From NCBI GenBank assembly GCA_045127235.1, contig JBGVPY010000079.1, positions 4,471 to 68,470 on the forward strand: 64,000 nucleotides of DNA, given 5' to 3'. The number at the start of each line of letters is the position of its first letter. Positions within the stretch are counted from its first letter, which is position 1. This stretch comes from Eubacteriales bacterium. Lineage in GTDB: Bacteria > Bacillota > Clostridia > Oscillospirales > CAG-272. A model generated the notes under the pieces. It worked only from the letters and a program-made list of their open reading frames with translations. It was not told the origin of the DNA and did no database searches. Below, one piece after another: positions 44,673-54,142 of the stretch. The position numbers and the translations under genes were made by a program.

Positions 44673-46064
44673 TTAAAATCTTAATTTTTCTTCAATATAG
44701 TTCTTTAATTCGCTAATTGGAAGTCTAATTTGCTCCATAGTATCTCTATCACGAACAGTTACACAACCGTCTGTTTCTGACTCAAAGTCATAAGTAATGC
44801 AGAATGGAGTACCGATTTCATCCTGTCTTCTGTATCTCTTACCGATTGAGCCTGTTTCATCAAAATCAACGTTGAAATATTTAGAAAGATTTTCTTGAAT
44901 TTCAGCAGCCTTTTCAGAAAGCTTCTTAGAAAGTGGTAAAACAGCAGCCTTTACAGGAGCTAATGCAGGGTGGAAGTGAAGAACAGTACGAACGTCATTT
45001 TCGCCAACAGTTTCTTCATCATAAGCTTCTACTAAGAATGCAAGAGTTACTCTGTCAGCGCCAAGTGAAGGCTCAATAACGTAAGGAACGTATTTTTCAT
45101 TAGTTTCAGCATCAAAGTATTCCATGTTTTCGCCAGAAAGGTTAGCGTGCTGTGTTAAATCGTAGTCTGTGCGGTCAGCAATTCCCCAAAGCTCACCCCA
45201 ACCGAATGGAAAAAGATATTCAAAGTCAGTTGTTGCCTTAGAATAGAAGCAAAGTTCTTCTGGATCATGATCACGAAGTCTTAAGTTTTCCTTCTTCATG
45301 CCAAGGTTGTAAAGGAAATTAGCGCAATAATCCTTCCAGTATGCAAACCATTCAAGATCAGTTCCTGGCTTGCAGAAAAATTCAAGCTCCATTTGTTCAA
45401 ATTCACGAATACGGAAAATGAAGTTACCAGGAGTAATTTCGTTTCTAAATGACTTGCCAATTTGTCCAACACCGAATGGAAGCTTCTTTCTTGTTGTTCT
45501 TGCAATGTTTTTGAAGTTTACAAAAATACCTTGTGCTGTTTCAGGACGAAGGTATAATTCAGATGAAGAATCCTCAGTTACGCCTTGGAATGTCTTATAC
45601 ATAAGATTGAACTTTCTGATGTCGGTAAAATCGCCGCTACCGCATGAAGGACAAACAATTTTCTTTTCTTTAATAAAATTGAACATTTCTTCATTTGACA
45701 TTGTAGCAGGATTTGTGCTATCGTTGTTTTCAGCGGCCCAATCCTCAATAAGCTTGTCTGCGCGGTGTCTTGTTTTACATTGCTTACAGTCCATGAGTGG
45801 GTCAGAGAAGCCGCCAACGTGACCTGATGCTACCCAAACCTGTGGATTCATAAGAATTGCGCTGTCAAGACCAACGTTATATTTTGATTCTCTTACAAAC
45901 TTGTCCCACCAAGCTCTTTTTATGTTGTTTTTAAACTCTACGCCAAGAGGTCCAAAGTCCCAAGAGTTAGCAAGACCACCGTAAATTTCTGAACCTGGAT
46001 ATACAAATCCTCTTGTTTTGCAAAGAGCAACAACTTTTTCCATTGTTTTTTCAGTGTTTTTCAT
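44673..46064 (-). CDS. glyS: Glycine--tRNA ligase (alpha2 type)
   Basis: [57 protein letters not shown]. Confidence 0.96.
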   Translation of the reverse strand: MKNTEKTMEKVVALCKTRGFVYPGSEIYGGLANSWDFGPLGVEFKNNIKRAWWDKFVRESKYNVGLDSAILMNPQVWVASGHVGGFSDPLMDCKQCKTRHRADKLIEDWAAENNDSTNPATMSNEEMFNFIKEKKIVCPSCGSGDFTDIRKFNLMYKTFQGVTEDSSSELYLRPETAQGIFVNFKNIARTTRKKLPFGVGQIGKSFRNEITPGNFIFRIREFEQMELEFFCKPGTDLEWFAYWKDYCANFLYNLGMKKENLRLRDHDPEELCFYSKATTDFEYLFPFGWGELWGIADRTDYDLTQHANLSGENMEYFDAETNEKYVPYVIEPSLGADRVTLAFLVEAYDEETVGENDVRTVLHFHPALAPVKAAVLPLSKKLSEKAAEIQENLSKYFNVDFDETGSIGKRYRRQDEIGTPFCITYDFESETDGCVTVRDRDTMEQIRLPISELKNYIEEKLRF

Positions 46065-46192
46065 TTTGATTTCCTTTCAAGTGATACTATCAAATTTTAT
46101 TTATATATTATATATTAATTTTCTTATAATTTCAAGTATAAAATGAAAAAATATTAAATAATAAAAAGAAAACAAAAAAATTAAAAAAACTA

Positions 46193-46221
46193 TTGATTTT
46201 TTTAGAAATGTTTGTTATAAT
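46193..46221 (+). promoter_or_regulatory. SigmaA promoter of ptsH
   Basis: TTGATT-17 nt-TATAAT with extended -10 TG. Confidence 0.6.
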
Positions 46222-46272
46222 AACCTTCGATATTTATTTTTCACGCAAAACCAACTTTAAGAGGAGAATTTT

Positions 46273-46536
46273 ATGTTATTAAGAGAGATTGCAATTGTTA
46301 ATGATGTTGGCTTGCATGCAAGACCTGCTACATTTTTCATTCAAAAGGCAAATTCTTATAGATCATCTATTTGGATTGAAAAAGAGGATAGAAGAGTAAA
46401 TGCTAAGAGCTTACTTGGTGTTTTATCTATGGGTATTGTTAAGGGAACAGTTATAACTCTTATTGCAGATGGCGAAGACGAGGCTGAGGCTATCGACGGA
46501 CTTGAAAAGCTCATTGCCAATGAGTTAAACGACTAA
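46273..46536 (+). CDS. ptsH: HPr phosphocarrier protein
   Basis: GLHARPA (His15) and VNAKSLLGVL (Ser46). Confidence 0.93.
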   Translation: MLLREIAIVNDVGLHARPATFFIQKANSYRSSIWIEKEDRRVNAKSLLGVLSMGIVKGTVITLIADGEDEAEAIDGLEKLIANELND

Positions 46537-46551
46537 TTTTACATATTACAG

Positions 46552-46590
46552 GGCGATAGTCAAAGATGACTGTCGCCTATTTAATTATTT
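46552..46590 (+). terminator. Intrinsic terminator
   Basis: GGCGATAGTCA-AAGA-TGACTGTCGCC. Confidence 0.7.
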
Positions 46591-46620
46591 CTGTTTATAA
46601 ATTTTGAAAGGAGAAGTATT

Positions 46621-48465
46621 ATGACCAACGAAAGACTTGAATATTTGAGAAAAAAGTCATCAAATCTGCCTAAAGTTCCAGGAATTTACATGATGAAGGA
46701 TAAAAGCGGAAAAATAATATACGTTGGTAAATCACGCTCCTTGAAGGATAGAGTTTCGCAGTACTTTCATCTAAGCACAGATGCAAACGTTAAAACACGA
46801 AGAATGGTATCAATGGTTGATGATTTTGAAACTGTAATCTGCGATACGGAAATAGAAGCTTTAACACTTGAAAATGTTAAAATTAAACAATTCTCTCCTA
46901 AATATAATATTCTCTTGAAGGATTCAAAATCATACCCTTATATAAAGCTTACAATGAATGAGCAATATCCAAGAATAAGCATGACGCGAAAAAGAGTAAG
47001 CGACGGAGCAAAATATTACGGTCCGTATTCCGGTGCAAGTGTGGTTTATGGAGTTATAGGTACGTTAGAGCGTTCATTAGGAATACCGACATGCAAACGA
47101 AGCTTCCCAAAGGATATCGGTAAAGAAAGACCATGTATATATAAGCAAATAGGAAGATGTGTTGCTCCCTGTGATAACACTATAAATCAAGAAGATTATT
47201 ATAAGCTCATGCAATGCGCCTCAAACGTTTTAAGAGGAAATATAAAGGAAGCGGTTGATTCATTAACCGGTCAAATGTTTGATTTTGCAGAAAACGAAAG
47301 ATTTGAGGATGCTGCAAGATGCCGCGATTGCATTGAAGCGTTAAAAAAGCTAAGAGACAGTCAAAAGGTTGTAGGCTCTCCCGATGATGAGTATGACATA
47401 ATTGCGGTTTATACAGATAATCTTTCTACGTGTATATCTGTGTTTTACATTCGCTCGGGCATTATTTCAGATAGTGATACCTATCTTTACGGCGCGTATG
47501 AAATTTCAACAACCGATGATTATGAGTTTATGTCTCAGTTTATTGTAGATTTGTATTCAAAAAGAGAATATATACCTGGCGAAATTTTATTAGCATTTGA
47601 TATGCCAAGTGAAGAGCTTGAGTTAGTGCAAAGCTACGTGAGAGAAATTTCTAAAAGAGCAATCAAAATTAGAATTCCTCAAAAGGGCGATACTAAAAAG
47701 CTTTGCGATATGGTTGCAAAAAATGCTGAGGAGCAAGCTAAGCAATATAAAAACAAGCTTGAGCAGGATAATAAGGTGTTAGTAAAATTATCACAAATGC
47801 TTTCGCTTGATACGGTTCCAAATCGTATAGAAGCTTATGATATATCAAATTTAGGCAATGAGCATATAACAGCGGGAATGATTGTTTATGAGGACGGAAA
47901 GCTATTAAAAGGCGATTATAGAGTGTTCAAAATGAAGAATCAATCCGGTGCAGATGATTATTCATCAATGAAAGAGGTTTTAAAAAGAAGAATAGAACAT
48001 TTAAGCGATTCAAACGGAAGCTTTTCAAAATCGCCGGACTTGATTTTACTTGATGGCGGCATGACCCACGTAGGCGTTGCAAGAGAAGTATTTAACGAGA
48101 TGAAAATAGATATTCCTGTTTTTGGAATGGTAAAGGATGAGCATCACAAAACGAGAACGTTGGTTACCGAAAGCGAAGAAATAAGTATTGCTAAGGAGCA
48201 AGCGGTGTTTGTGTTCGTTTATAAGCTTCAGGAAGAGGTGCATCGTTTTACCGTATCAAAAATGGATAGCGCAAAGAGAAAAACACTTAAGCATTCTACA
48301 CTTGAAAACATAAAAGGAATTGGTAGTAAAAAAGCTAAGGTGTTGCTAAATCATTTTAAAACGTTAAGCGCATTAAAGGGAGCATCCCTTGATGATATCC
48401 TAAAGGTAAAAGGAATCAGCAAAAGTGATGCTGAAAAAATAAAAGAATATTTTAAGGAAGACTAA
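46621..48465 (+). CDS. uvrC: Excinuclease ABC subunit C
   Basis: GIY-YIG (PGIYMM..IYVGKS), RIEAYDISN, PDLILLDGG, LQEEVHRF, C-terminal HhH (IKGIG). Confidence 0.96.
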   Translation: MTNERLEYLRKKSSNLPKVPGIYMMKDKSGKIIYVGKSRSLKDRVSQYFHLSTDANVKTRRMVSMVDDFETVICDTEIEALTLENVKIKQFSPKYNILLKDSKSYPYIKLTMNEQYPRISMTRKRVSDGAKYYGPYSGASVVYGVIGTLERSLGIPTCKRSFPKDIGKERPCIYKQIGRCVAPCDNTINQEDYYKLMQCASNVLRGNIKEAVDSLTGQMFDFAENERFEDAARCRDCIEALKKLRDSQKVVGSPDDEYDIIAVYTDNLSTCISVFYIRSGIISDSDTYLYGAYEISTTDDYEFMSQFIVDLYSKREYIPGEILLAFDMPSEELELVQSYVREISKRAIKIRIPQKGDTKKLCDMVAKNAEEQAKQYKNKLEQDNKVLVKLSQMLSLDTVPNRIEAYDISNLGNEHITAGMIVYEDGKLLKGDYRVFKMKNQSGADDYSSMKEVLKRRIEHLSDSNGSFSKSPDLILLDGGMTHVGVAREVFNEMKIDIPVFGMVKDEHHKTRTLVTESEEISIAKEQAVFVFVYKLQEEVHRFTVSKMDSAKRKTLKHSTLENIKGIGSKKAKVLLNHFKTLSALKGASLDDILKVKGISKSDAEKIKEYFKED

Positions 48466-48466
48466 T

Positions 48467-49033
48467 ATGAAAATTATAACTGGAACAGCAAAGGGAATGA
48501 ATTTAGAAACTCTCGATGGAGAAAAGACAAGACCAACCTCTCAAAGAGTTAAGGAAGCGGTTTTTTCTATGCTTCAATTCGATATTGAAGGAGCAATGGT
48601 GCTTGATTTGTTTGCTGGTAGCGGACAAATGGGACTTGAGGCATTAAGCAGGGGTGCAAAAAAAGCAACTTTTTCCGACGTGTCAAGAGATGCTACCGAT
48701 ATAGTAATTAAAAATGCAAAAAAAGCGAAGCTTTTTGAAAAGTGCAGAATATCTACATGTGATTATAAGCAAATGATTCAGGGTATAGCAAACAAGGAAA
48801 AATACGATATTATCTTTATTGATCCTCCTTATCAAGACAAAATAATAGTAGATGTGTTGAAGCGGATTTTTGATGCTAACGTAATAAACGAAAACGCGTT
48901 TATAGTTTGCGAAAGTGGTAAAGAAGATATTTTTGAGGGAGATGAAGAGCTTAAAAGCAAATTCTTTGTTCAAAAGCAAACAAAATATTCAATTTCATAC
49001 ATTACAGTTTTAAGACCTAACGGAGAAGAATAA
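48467..49033 (+). CDS. rsmD: 16S rRNA m2G966 methyltransferase
   Basis: TRPTSQRVKEAVF, LDLFAGSGQMGLEALSRGA, FIDPPY. Confidence 0.93.
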   Translation: MKIITGTAKGMNLETLDGEKTRPTSQRVKEAVFSMLQFDIEGAMVLDLFAGSGQMGLEALSRGAKKATFSDVSRDATDIVIKNAKKAKLFEKCRISTCDYKQMIQGIANKEKYDIIFIDPPYQDKIIVDVLKRIFDANVINENAFIVCESGKEDIFEGDEELKSKFFVQKQTKYSISYITVLRPNGEE

Positions 49034-49518
49034 TGAAAGCAATAGTAACAGGTAGCTTTGACCCTATGACAATAGGGCATTATGAACTGGTAAGATTAGC
49101 GTGTGAGAAGTTTGATATCGTGTACGTTGTTGCGTTGGTAAATGCTAATAAGAATCATATGTTTACCTTAGAGCAAAGAAAAGAGATAATTGAGCTAACA
49201 ACGAAGGAGTTTCCAAACGTGATAGCGGATGCCTATGACGGTTTAACTGTTGATTATATGCACGAAAAAGGAATTACCCAAATAGTACGTGGCGTTAAAA
49301 ATGAAAGTGAGCTTGAATATGAGAATAATTTAGCTAAGGCGATGAATGAATATGATAGCAGCTTTCAAACAACATTTTTAGTTTGCGATGATAAATTCAA
49401 CGGAATTAGTTCAACATTAGTAAGAAATTTATTAAATCAAAATCAAAGTATAGAGAATATAGTTCATAAGAATGCTTTGAAAAAAATACTTGATTTTTAT
49501 AACAGCAGCAAAATTTAA
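49033..49518 (+). CDS. coaD: Phosphopantetheine adenylyltransferase
   Basis: GSFDPMTIGH, IVRGVK, ISSTLVR; follows rsmD. Confidence 0.9.
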   Translation: MKAIVTGSFDPMTIGHYELVRLACEKFDIVYVVALVNANKNHMFTLEQRKEIIELTTKEFPNVIADAYDGLTVDYMHEKGITQIVRGVKNESELEYENNLAKAMNEYDSSFQTTFLVCDDKFNGISSTLVRNLLNQNQSIENIVHKNALKKILDFYNSSKI

Positions 49519-49535
49519 CAAAAATTTAATATTTT

Positions 49536-49567
49536 AACATCCGTTTCATTTGAAGCGGATGTTTTTT
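49536..49567 (+). terminator. Intrinsic terminator
   Basis: AACATCCGTTTCA/TGAAGCGGATGTT followed by T run. Confidence 0.8.
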
Positions 49568-49641
49568 GTTTATTTGAGTTATCAATATATGCATCAAAAA
49601 TGGGAAAAATAACATTTTTAAAGATTTTTTTGAAAAAGGTA

Positions 49642-49717
49642 TTGCAATTTTAAAAGTTATAGTATATAATTAAAACATCAAAGTGGTGGAAAGTGGGTAA
49701 ACTCATCACAAAAGTGG
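49642..49717 (+). promoter_or_regulatory. mraZ promoter and MraZ-type operator repeats
   Basis: TTGCAA-17 nt-TATAAT (49642-49670); AAAGTGG boxes at 49680, 49690 and 49711. Confidence 0.75.
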
Positions 49718-49737
49718 AGAAAGAGAGGAGTAGAAAG

Positions 49738-50163
49738 ATGCTTTACGGTCGTTATGAACACACAATTGATGCAAAAAACAGAGTATTCATACCCGCAAAG
49801 TATAAGGATACTCTTGGAACTAACTTTAAAATCACTTATAACAAGTTTATTAACCAATGCATTTTAGTTTATTCCGAAGAAGAATGGCAAGAAATGCAGA
49901 AGAAAGTAAAATCATTACCAAGCGTACAATATCAGTATTTTATTCGTGAAATTTATTCAAATACAGTAGACGTACAGCTTGATTCTCAGGGAAGAATTGT
50001 TATACCGCAATTCTTAAAGGAAAAGGTTGGATTAGACAAAAATGCTTTGTTCCTAGGTGTTGAGAGTCGTGTGGAAATTTGGGAGCCTAACGTATATGAA
50101 GAGGTAAACAATAAGGTTGATATTGAAGAAATGAAGCGCTTAATGATAGAAATAGGCTTCTAA
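49738..50163 (+). CDS. mraZ: Transcriptional regulator MraZ
   Basis: GRYEHTIDAKNRVFIP, LDSQGRIVIP, GVESRVEIW; ATG at 49738 follows SD GAGGAG. Confidence 0.93.
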   Translation: MLYGRYEHTIDAKNRVFIPAKYKDTLGTNFKITYNKFINQCILVYSEEEWQEMQKKVKSLPSVQYQYFIREIYSNTVDVQLDSQGRIVIPQFLKEKVGLDKNALFLGVESRVEIWEPNVYEEVNNKVDIEEMKRLMIEIGF

Positions 50164-50173
50164 GGAGGAATAT

Positions 50174-51109
50174 ATGGAGTTTTCGCATTTTCCCGTTATG
50201 CTTAATGAATGCATTGACGGCTTGAATATAAAAGAAGACGGAATATATGTAGATGGAACAGCCGGTGGCGGTAATCACTCAGAAGCTATTTTAAAAAAGC
50301 TAACGACAGGAAAATTAGTTTCAATAGACCAAGATGATGAGGCTATTGAAGCTTGTACTAAAAGATTTGAAAAGTATAAAGATAAATCTATTTTAGTAAA
50401 AAGTAATTTTTCTGAACTTGGAAGAATACTTGAAGATTTAGACATTGACCATATCGACGGTGTGCTCTTAGATTTAGGTGTCTCCTCTCACCAATTAGAC
50501 ACACCAGCGCGTGGGTTCTCGTATAATAGTGACGCAAGACTTGATATGCGCATGAACCCACGCTCCCCCTTTTCAGCATATGAATTAGTTAATTCATATT
50601 CTGAATTTGATTTAAAGAGAGTAATTAGAGATTTCGGAGAAGAAAAATTCGCACCTCAAATTGCTCGCAAAATTGTGAGCGCAAGAGAAAAATCTCCAAT
50701 TGAAACAACGTTGGAATTAGCAGAAATTATAAAAAGTGCAATTCCAGTAGCGGCAGCAAGAAAAGAAGCACAGCATCCTGCAAAAAGAACGTTTCAAGCC
50801 ATAAGAATTGAAGTAAACAAGGAGCTTGACGTTATAAAACCTGCGATTGATGCAGCAGTAGCCAAAATGAATGAGGGTGGAAGAGTGGTTATATTAACAT
50901 TCCATTCACTCGAGGATAGAATAGTTAAAACAACGTATAATGATTTTTCACAGGGATGTACATGTCCAAAGGATTTTCCAATATGTGTATGTGGAAACAA
51001 GCCTAAGTTAAAGATAATTAACAAAAAACCAATTACAGCAACACAGGACGAGCTTAATATCAATTCACGTTCAAAGTGTGCAAAACTGAGAGTAGCAGAA
51101 AAAGTCTGA
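50174..51109 (+). CDS. rsmH: 16S rRNA m4C1402 methyltransferase
   Basis: HFPVML, DGTAGGGNHS, DLGVSSHQLD, FGEEKF, FQAIRIEVN, TFHSLEDRIVK. Confidence 0.96.
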   Translation: MEFSHFPVMLNECIDGLNIKEDGIYVDGTAGGGNHSEAILKKLTTGKLVSIDQDDEAIEACTKRFEKYKDKSILVKSNFSELGRILEDLDIDHIDGVLLDLGVSSHQLDTPARGFSYNSDARLDMRMNPRSPFSAYELVNSYSEFDLKRVIRDFGEEKFAPQIARKIVSAREKSPIETTLELAEIIKSAIPVAAARKEAQHPAKRTFQAIRIEVNKELDVIKPAIDAAVAKMNEGGRVVILTFHSLEDRIVKTTYNDFSQGCTCPKDFPICVCGNKPKLKIINKKPITATQDELNINSRSKCAKLRVAEKV

Positions 51110-51123
51110 AAAGGAGTATTTGT

Positions 51124-51408
51124 ATGTACGGAACAACAATGAAGAGCTATAATTCCTCTAAGCATAACAGAGTAGATGCTCAAGAAAATAATAAATCAAG
51201 AAAACAAAAGAACAAAGACAACACACCAACAACTCGTTACATGAAAATAAATGAAAGAAGATATGATAGGAATAACTATGAGACAACTTCATCGCATGAG
51301 GTTGTAAAAGAAAGCTTTTCTAAGAAAGAGTTTCCAATAGCATCTGTTATTTTTACAGCGATAGCTACAATGATAGCGTTATTATTGACAACAGGAATAT
51401 TAGGATAA
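51124..51408 (+). CDS. Small membrane protein at the ftsL position, lacking a C-terminal coiled coil
   Basis: Basic hydrophilic N-terminus and one C-terminal TM helix; SD AAGGAG; directly after rsmH. Confidence 0.5.
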   Translation: MYGTTMKSYNSSKHNRVDAQENNKSRKQKNKDNTPTTRYMKINERRYDRNNYETTSSHEVVKESFSKKEFPIASVIFTAIATMIALLLTTGILG

Positions 51409-51410
51409 AT

Positions 51411-51448
51411 AAAAAATGCAAAGGAGTTTAAATCCTTTGCATTTTTTT
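51411..51448. terminator. Bidirectional intrinsic terminator
   Basis: AAAAAATGCAAAGGA..TCCTTTGCATTTTTTT. Confidence 0.85.
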
Positions 51449-51449
51449 A

Positions 51450-52220
51450 TTATTTGTTATTTCTAAATACTTCAAAAGCTAAAATAGTAGATGCAGAAGC
51501 GGCTGAAAGCGCTGCATCAAATTGTCTGCCATAATCAATTCTAACAATTTTGTCAGCTTGCTTTAAGATAGAGGATGAAATACCTCTTTTTTCGCCACCG
51601 ACAATCAAAAGAATAGGTTTTTTTAGATCGGCGTCATATACGCTAACAGAGTTTTTTATGTCAGCACAAACAACCTTGTATCCATTGTTTTTAAATAAGT
51701 CTATAAATCCGTCAGTAGCAATATATACATTTAATCTTTCGCTTGCTCCGGCAGATGAACGACATACTACGCCTGCCGCTGATAGCCAATTGCGTTCAGA
51801 AAGAATTATTCCATCAGCTCCGGAAGCATAAATAGAACGTAGAGCATAACCAAAGTTGTAGGGGTCCTCAATACCTTCAATCATTACATAGAAGCCGTTA
51901 TTAACGATATTTTCATTAGATATTGATTCATATGTTCTATTGCCACAAAAAGCGATAATACCGCCGTGTGATGCTCCCACAGTGTAAGAATTGATTGTTT
52001 CTTCATCAACTAATTCTATTTCAAAGTCAAACAGAGTTGACATTTTCTTAAGATAGCCAATTTCCTTTGATTTTGATTGCTGTTTTGCTTTATCAACCAA
52101 TATTTTTTCAATTTGTCTGCTGTTGTCAACACCGCTTTTTAGGTTATCTAGAACGGCTCTGATTGAGGTCATACCCTCAAAAATTGTTGAATTTTGAAAT
52201 CTTGATTCTTCTTTAATCAT
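51450..52220 (-). CDS. SpoU/TrmH-family RNA 2'-O-methyltransferase
   Basis: SHGGIIA, IEDPYNFG, RSSAGA, IVGGEKRGIS, LSAASAS; ATG overlaps the upstream stop. Confidence 0.88.
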   Translation of the reverse strand: MIKEESRFQNSTIFEGMTSIRAVLDNLKSGVDNSRQIEKILVDKAKQQSKSKEIGYLKKMSTLFDFEIELVDEETINSYTVGASHGGIIAFCGNRTYESISNENIVNNGFYVMIEGIEDPYNFGYALRSIYASGADGIILSERNWLSAAGVVCRSSAGASERLNVYIATDGFIDLFKNNGYKVVCADIKNSVSVYDADLKKPILLIVGGEKRGISSSILKQADKIVRIDYGRQFDAALSAASASTILAFEVFRNNK

Positions 52221-52560
52221 TGTTCTCAATTATTACGTCATCTTCTAAATTAATCGAAATACCTTCATCGCATTCATTGTTATCGCTTGAGTTTTTAACA
52301 ACATCGCTTTTTTCATTAACTATTGCAATAATATCAATAAATTTGCGTGATTTCATTTTTGCATTCATTCTATAAAGCGCTGAGGTAGAAATATAAGCAC
52401 CTAACAGAGCGGAGAATGCAGTAAGAAATGAAAATTGCTTCTTTCTTCCAAAAGCATAATATATTGCAGCAGTAACCAAAGCAATAATCTCACAAGCCAT
52501 TAAAATTTCATATTTAAATTCTTTTAGCGCAGAATTTAGCTTTTTAATTTTATTTTTCAT
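52213..52560 (-). CDS. Hypothetical two-TM membrane protein
   Basis: 115-aa ORF in operon context between prfB and the methyltransferase, two hydrophobic segments. Confidence 0.6.
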   Translation of the reverse strand: MKNKIKKLNSALKEFKYEILMACEIIALVTAAIYYAFGRKKQFSFLTAFSALLGAYISTSALYRMNAKMKSRKFIDIIAIVNEKSDVVKNSSDNNECDEGISINLEDDVIIENND

Positions 52561-52568
52561 ATTTTACC

Positions 52569-53678
52569 TCATTTATTAGCATTTTGTTTTAAGTATGCAT
52601 TAATAAATCCGTCAATGTCTCCATCCATAACAGCTTGAATATTGCCATCCTCATATCCTGTTCTTGTATCCTTTGCAAGAGTGTATGGCATAAATACGTA
52701 TGAACGAATTTGAGATCCCCATTCAATGTTGTTTTTGTTGCCTTGAATATCTTCAATTCTATCAAGCTTTTCTCTTTCTTTGATTTCAAGGAGCTTAGAT
52801 TTTAGCATTTTAAGCGCAGTTTCTTTGTTTTGAAGCTGGCTACGTTCGGTTTGGCAGCCTACAACAATTCCGGTAGGAATATGAACAATTCTAATGGCGG
52901 AGTCGGTTTTGTTAACGTGCTGTCCTCCTGCACCGGATGAACGGTGTGCAGTAATTTCCAGGTCCTCATCACGAAGCTCAATGGAATTATCGTCATCAAA
53001 TTCAGGCATTACCTCAACAGATGCAAAAGAAGTGTGTCTTCTTCCTGAAGCGTCAAATGGAGATACTCTAACAAGACGATGAACGCCGTTTTCGCTCTTT
53101 AAATAGCCATAGGCGTTAATACCTTCAACAAGAATTGTTGCGCTCTTTAAACCGGCTTCTTCGCCGTCTAACCAATCAAGTAACTTAACGTTGTATCCAT
53201 GCTTTTCGCCCCATCTTGTGTAGAGACGGTAGAGCATAAGTGCCCAGTCTTGGGCTTCTGTTCCGCCGGCTCCCGGATGGAAAGAAATAATAGCATTGTT
53301 TTTATCGTATTCGCCAGAAAGAAGAACTTGAATTCTTTGCTTTTCTTCCTCAGCAAAAATTTGTTTTTGCTCTTCTAGAATTTCATCAGTTAAGCTTTCG
53401 TCATTTTCTTCAATAGCCATTTCTGCCATTACGATAGCGTCTTCAAGTCTTGATGAAAGAGACTCATATGCTTCAATCTTTGATTTCATTTGCTTAATTT
53501 TTTGTAAAGTTTTGGTTGAATTTTCTTGGTTTGACCAAAAATCAGGCTCAAACGTTTCCTTTTCTAGCTCTTCAACCTCTGCTTTTAAATCAATTATTCT
53601 TAGCGCATTGCCAAGCTCGGTTATATTTTCTTTAAAATTGATAAGCTCATACTTAGCATTTTCAAGTGCAATAATCAA
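52569..53678 (-). CDS. prfB: Peptide chain release factor 2, uninterrupted ORF
   Basis: GAGGTEAQDW, GVHRLVRVSPF (SPF), SSGAGGQHVN (GGQ), WGSQIRSY; TTG start with SD GGAGG. Confidence 0.96.
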   Translation of the reverse strand: MIIALENAKYELINFKENITELGNALRIIDLKAEVEELEKETFEPDFWSNQENSTKTLQKIKQMKSKIEAYESLSSRLEDAIVMAEMAIEENDESLTDEILEEQKQIFAEEEKQRIQVLLSGEYDKNNAIISFHPGAGGTEAQDWALMLYRLYTRWGEKHGYNVKLLDWLDGEEAGLKSATILVEGINAYGYLKSENGVHRLVRVSPFDASGRRHTSFASVEVMPEFDDDNSIELRDEDLEITAHRSSGAGGQHVNKTDSAIRIVHIPTGIVVGCQTERSQLQNKETALKMLKSKLLEIKEREKLDRIEDIQGNKNNIEWGSQIRSYVFMPYTLAKDTRTGYEDGNIQAVMDGDIDGFINAYLKQNANK

Positions 53679-53835
53679 GTTTTTTTCCTCCGTAAATGGT
53701 AATGTGTAAATTATCTATCATAGTATAGCATAAATGTATCGAAAAAACAAATATTTTTTGGGAAAATTTGAAATATATTGATTTAATACGTAATTCATGC
53801 TAAAATAATATTGTATTATATATGTGGAGGCAGAA

Positions 53836-54099
53836 ATGAAACTTATTTTAGATAGAATAGAAAAAACACAAGAAGGTAAAATAATTGCTATATTTGAAGG
53901 CGATGCTGCTTCATATCATATAAGCGAAGAAAATATGCCAAGAGAGTTTATAGATACGCTTCAGGTTGGAATGATTATTGAGGCAGAAATTATTGATAAT
54001 AAATTAGTATCATCTAAATTTTTGCCTGAAGAAACCGAAAAAAAACGGGAAGAAATGAAAAGTAGATTGAATAGCTTATTTAATCGAAATATAAAGTAG
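53836..54099 (+). CDS. DUF3006-like small protein
   Basis: LILDRIE..IAIFE..ETEKKREEMKSRLNSLF; SD GGAGG favours ATG at 53836. Confidence 0.6.
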   Translation: MKLILDRIEKTQEGKIIAIFEGDAASYHISEENMPREFIDTLQVGMIIEAEIIDNKLVSSKFLPEETEKKREEMKSRLNSLFNRNIK

Positions 54100-54110
54100 T
54101 AAAATAACAT

Positions 54111-54142
54111 AAGAGACCATTGAAATCAATGGTCTCTTTTTG
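54111..54142. terminator. Bidirectional intrinsic terminator
   Basis: AAGAGACCATTGA-AA-TCAATGGTCTCTT. Confidence 0.85.
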
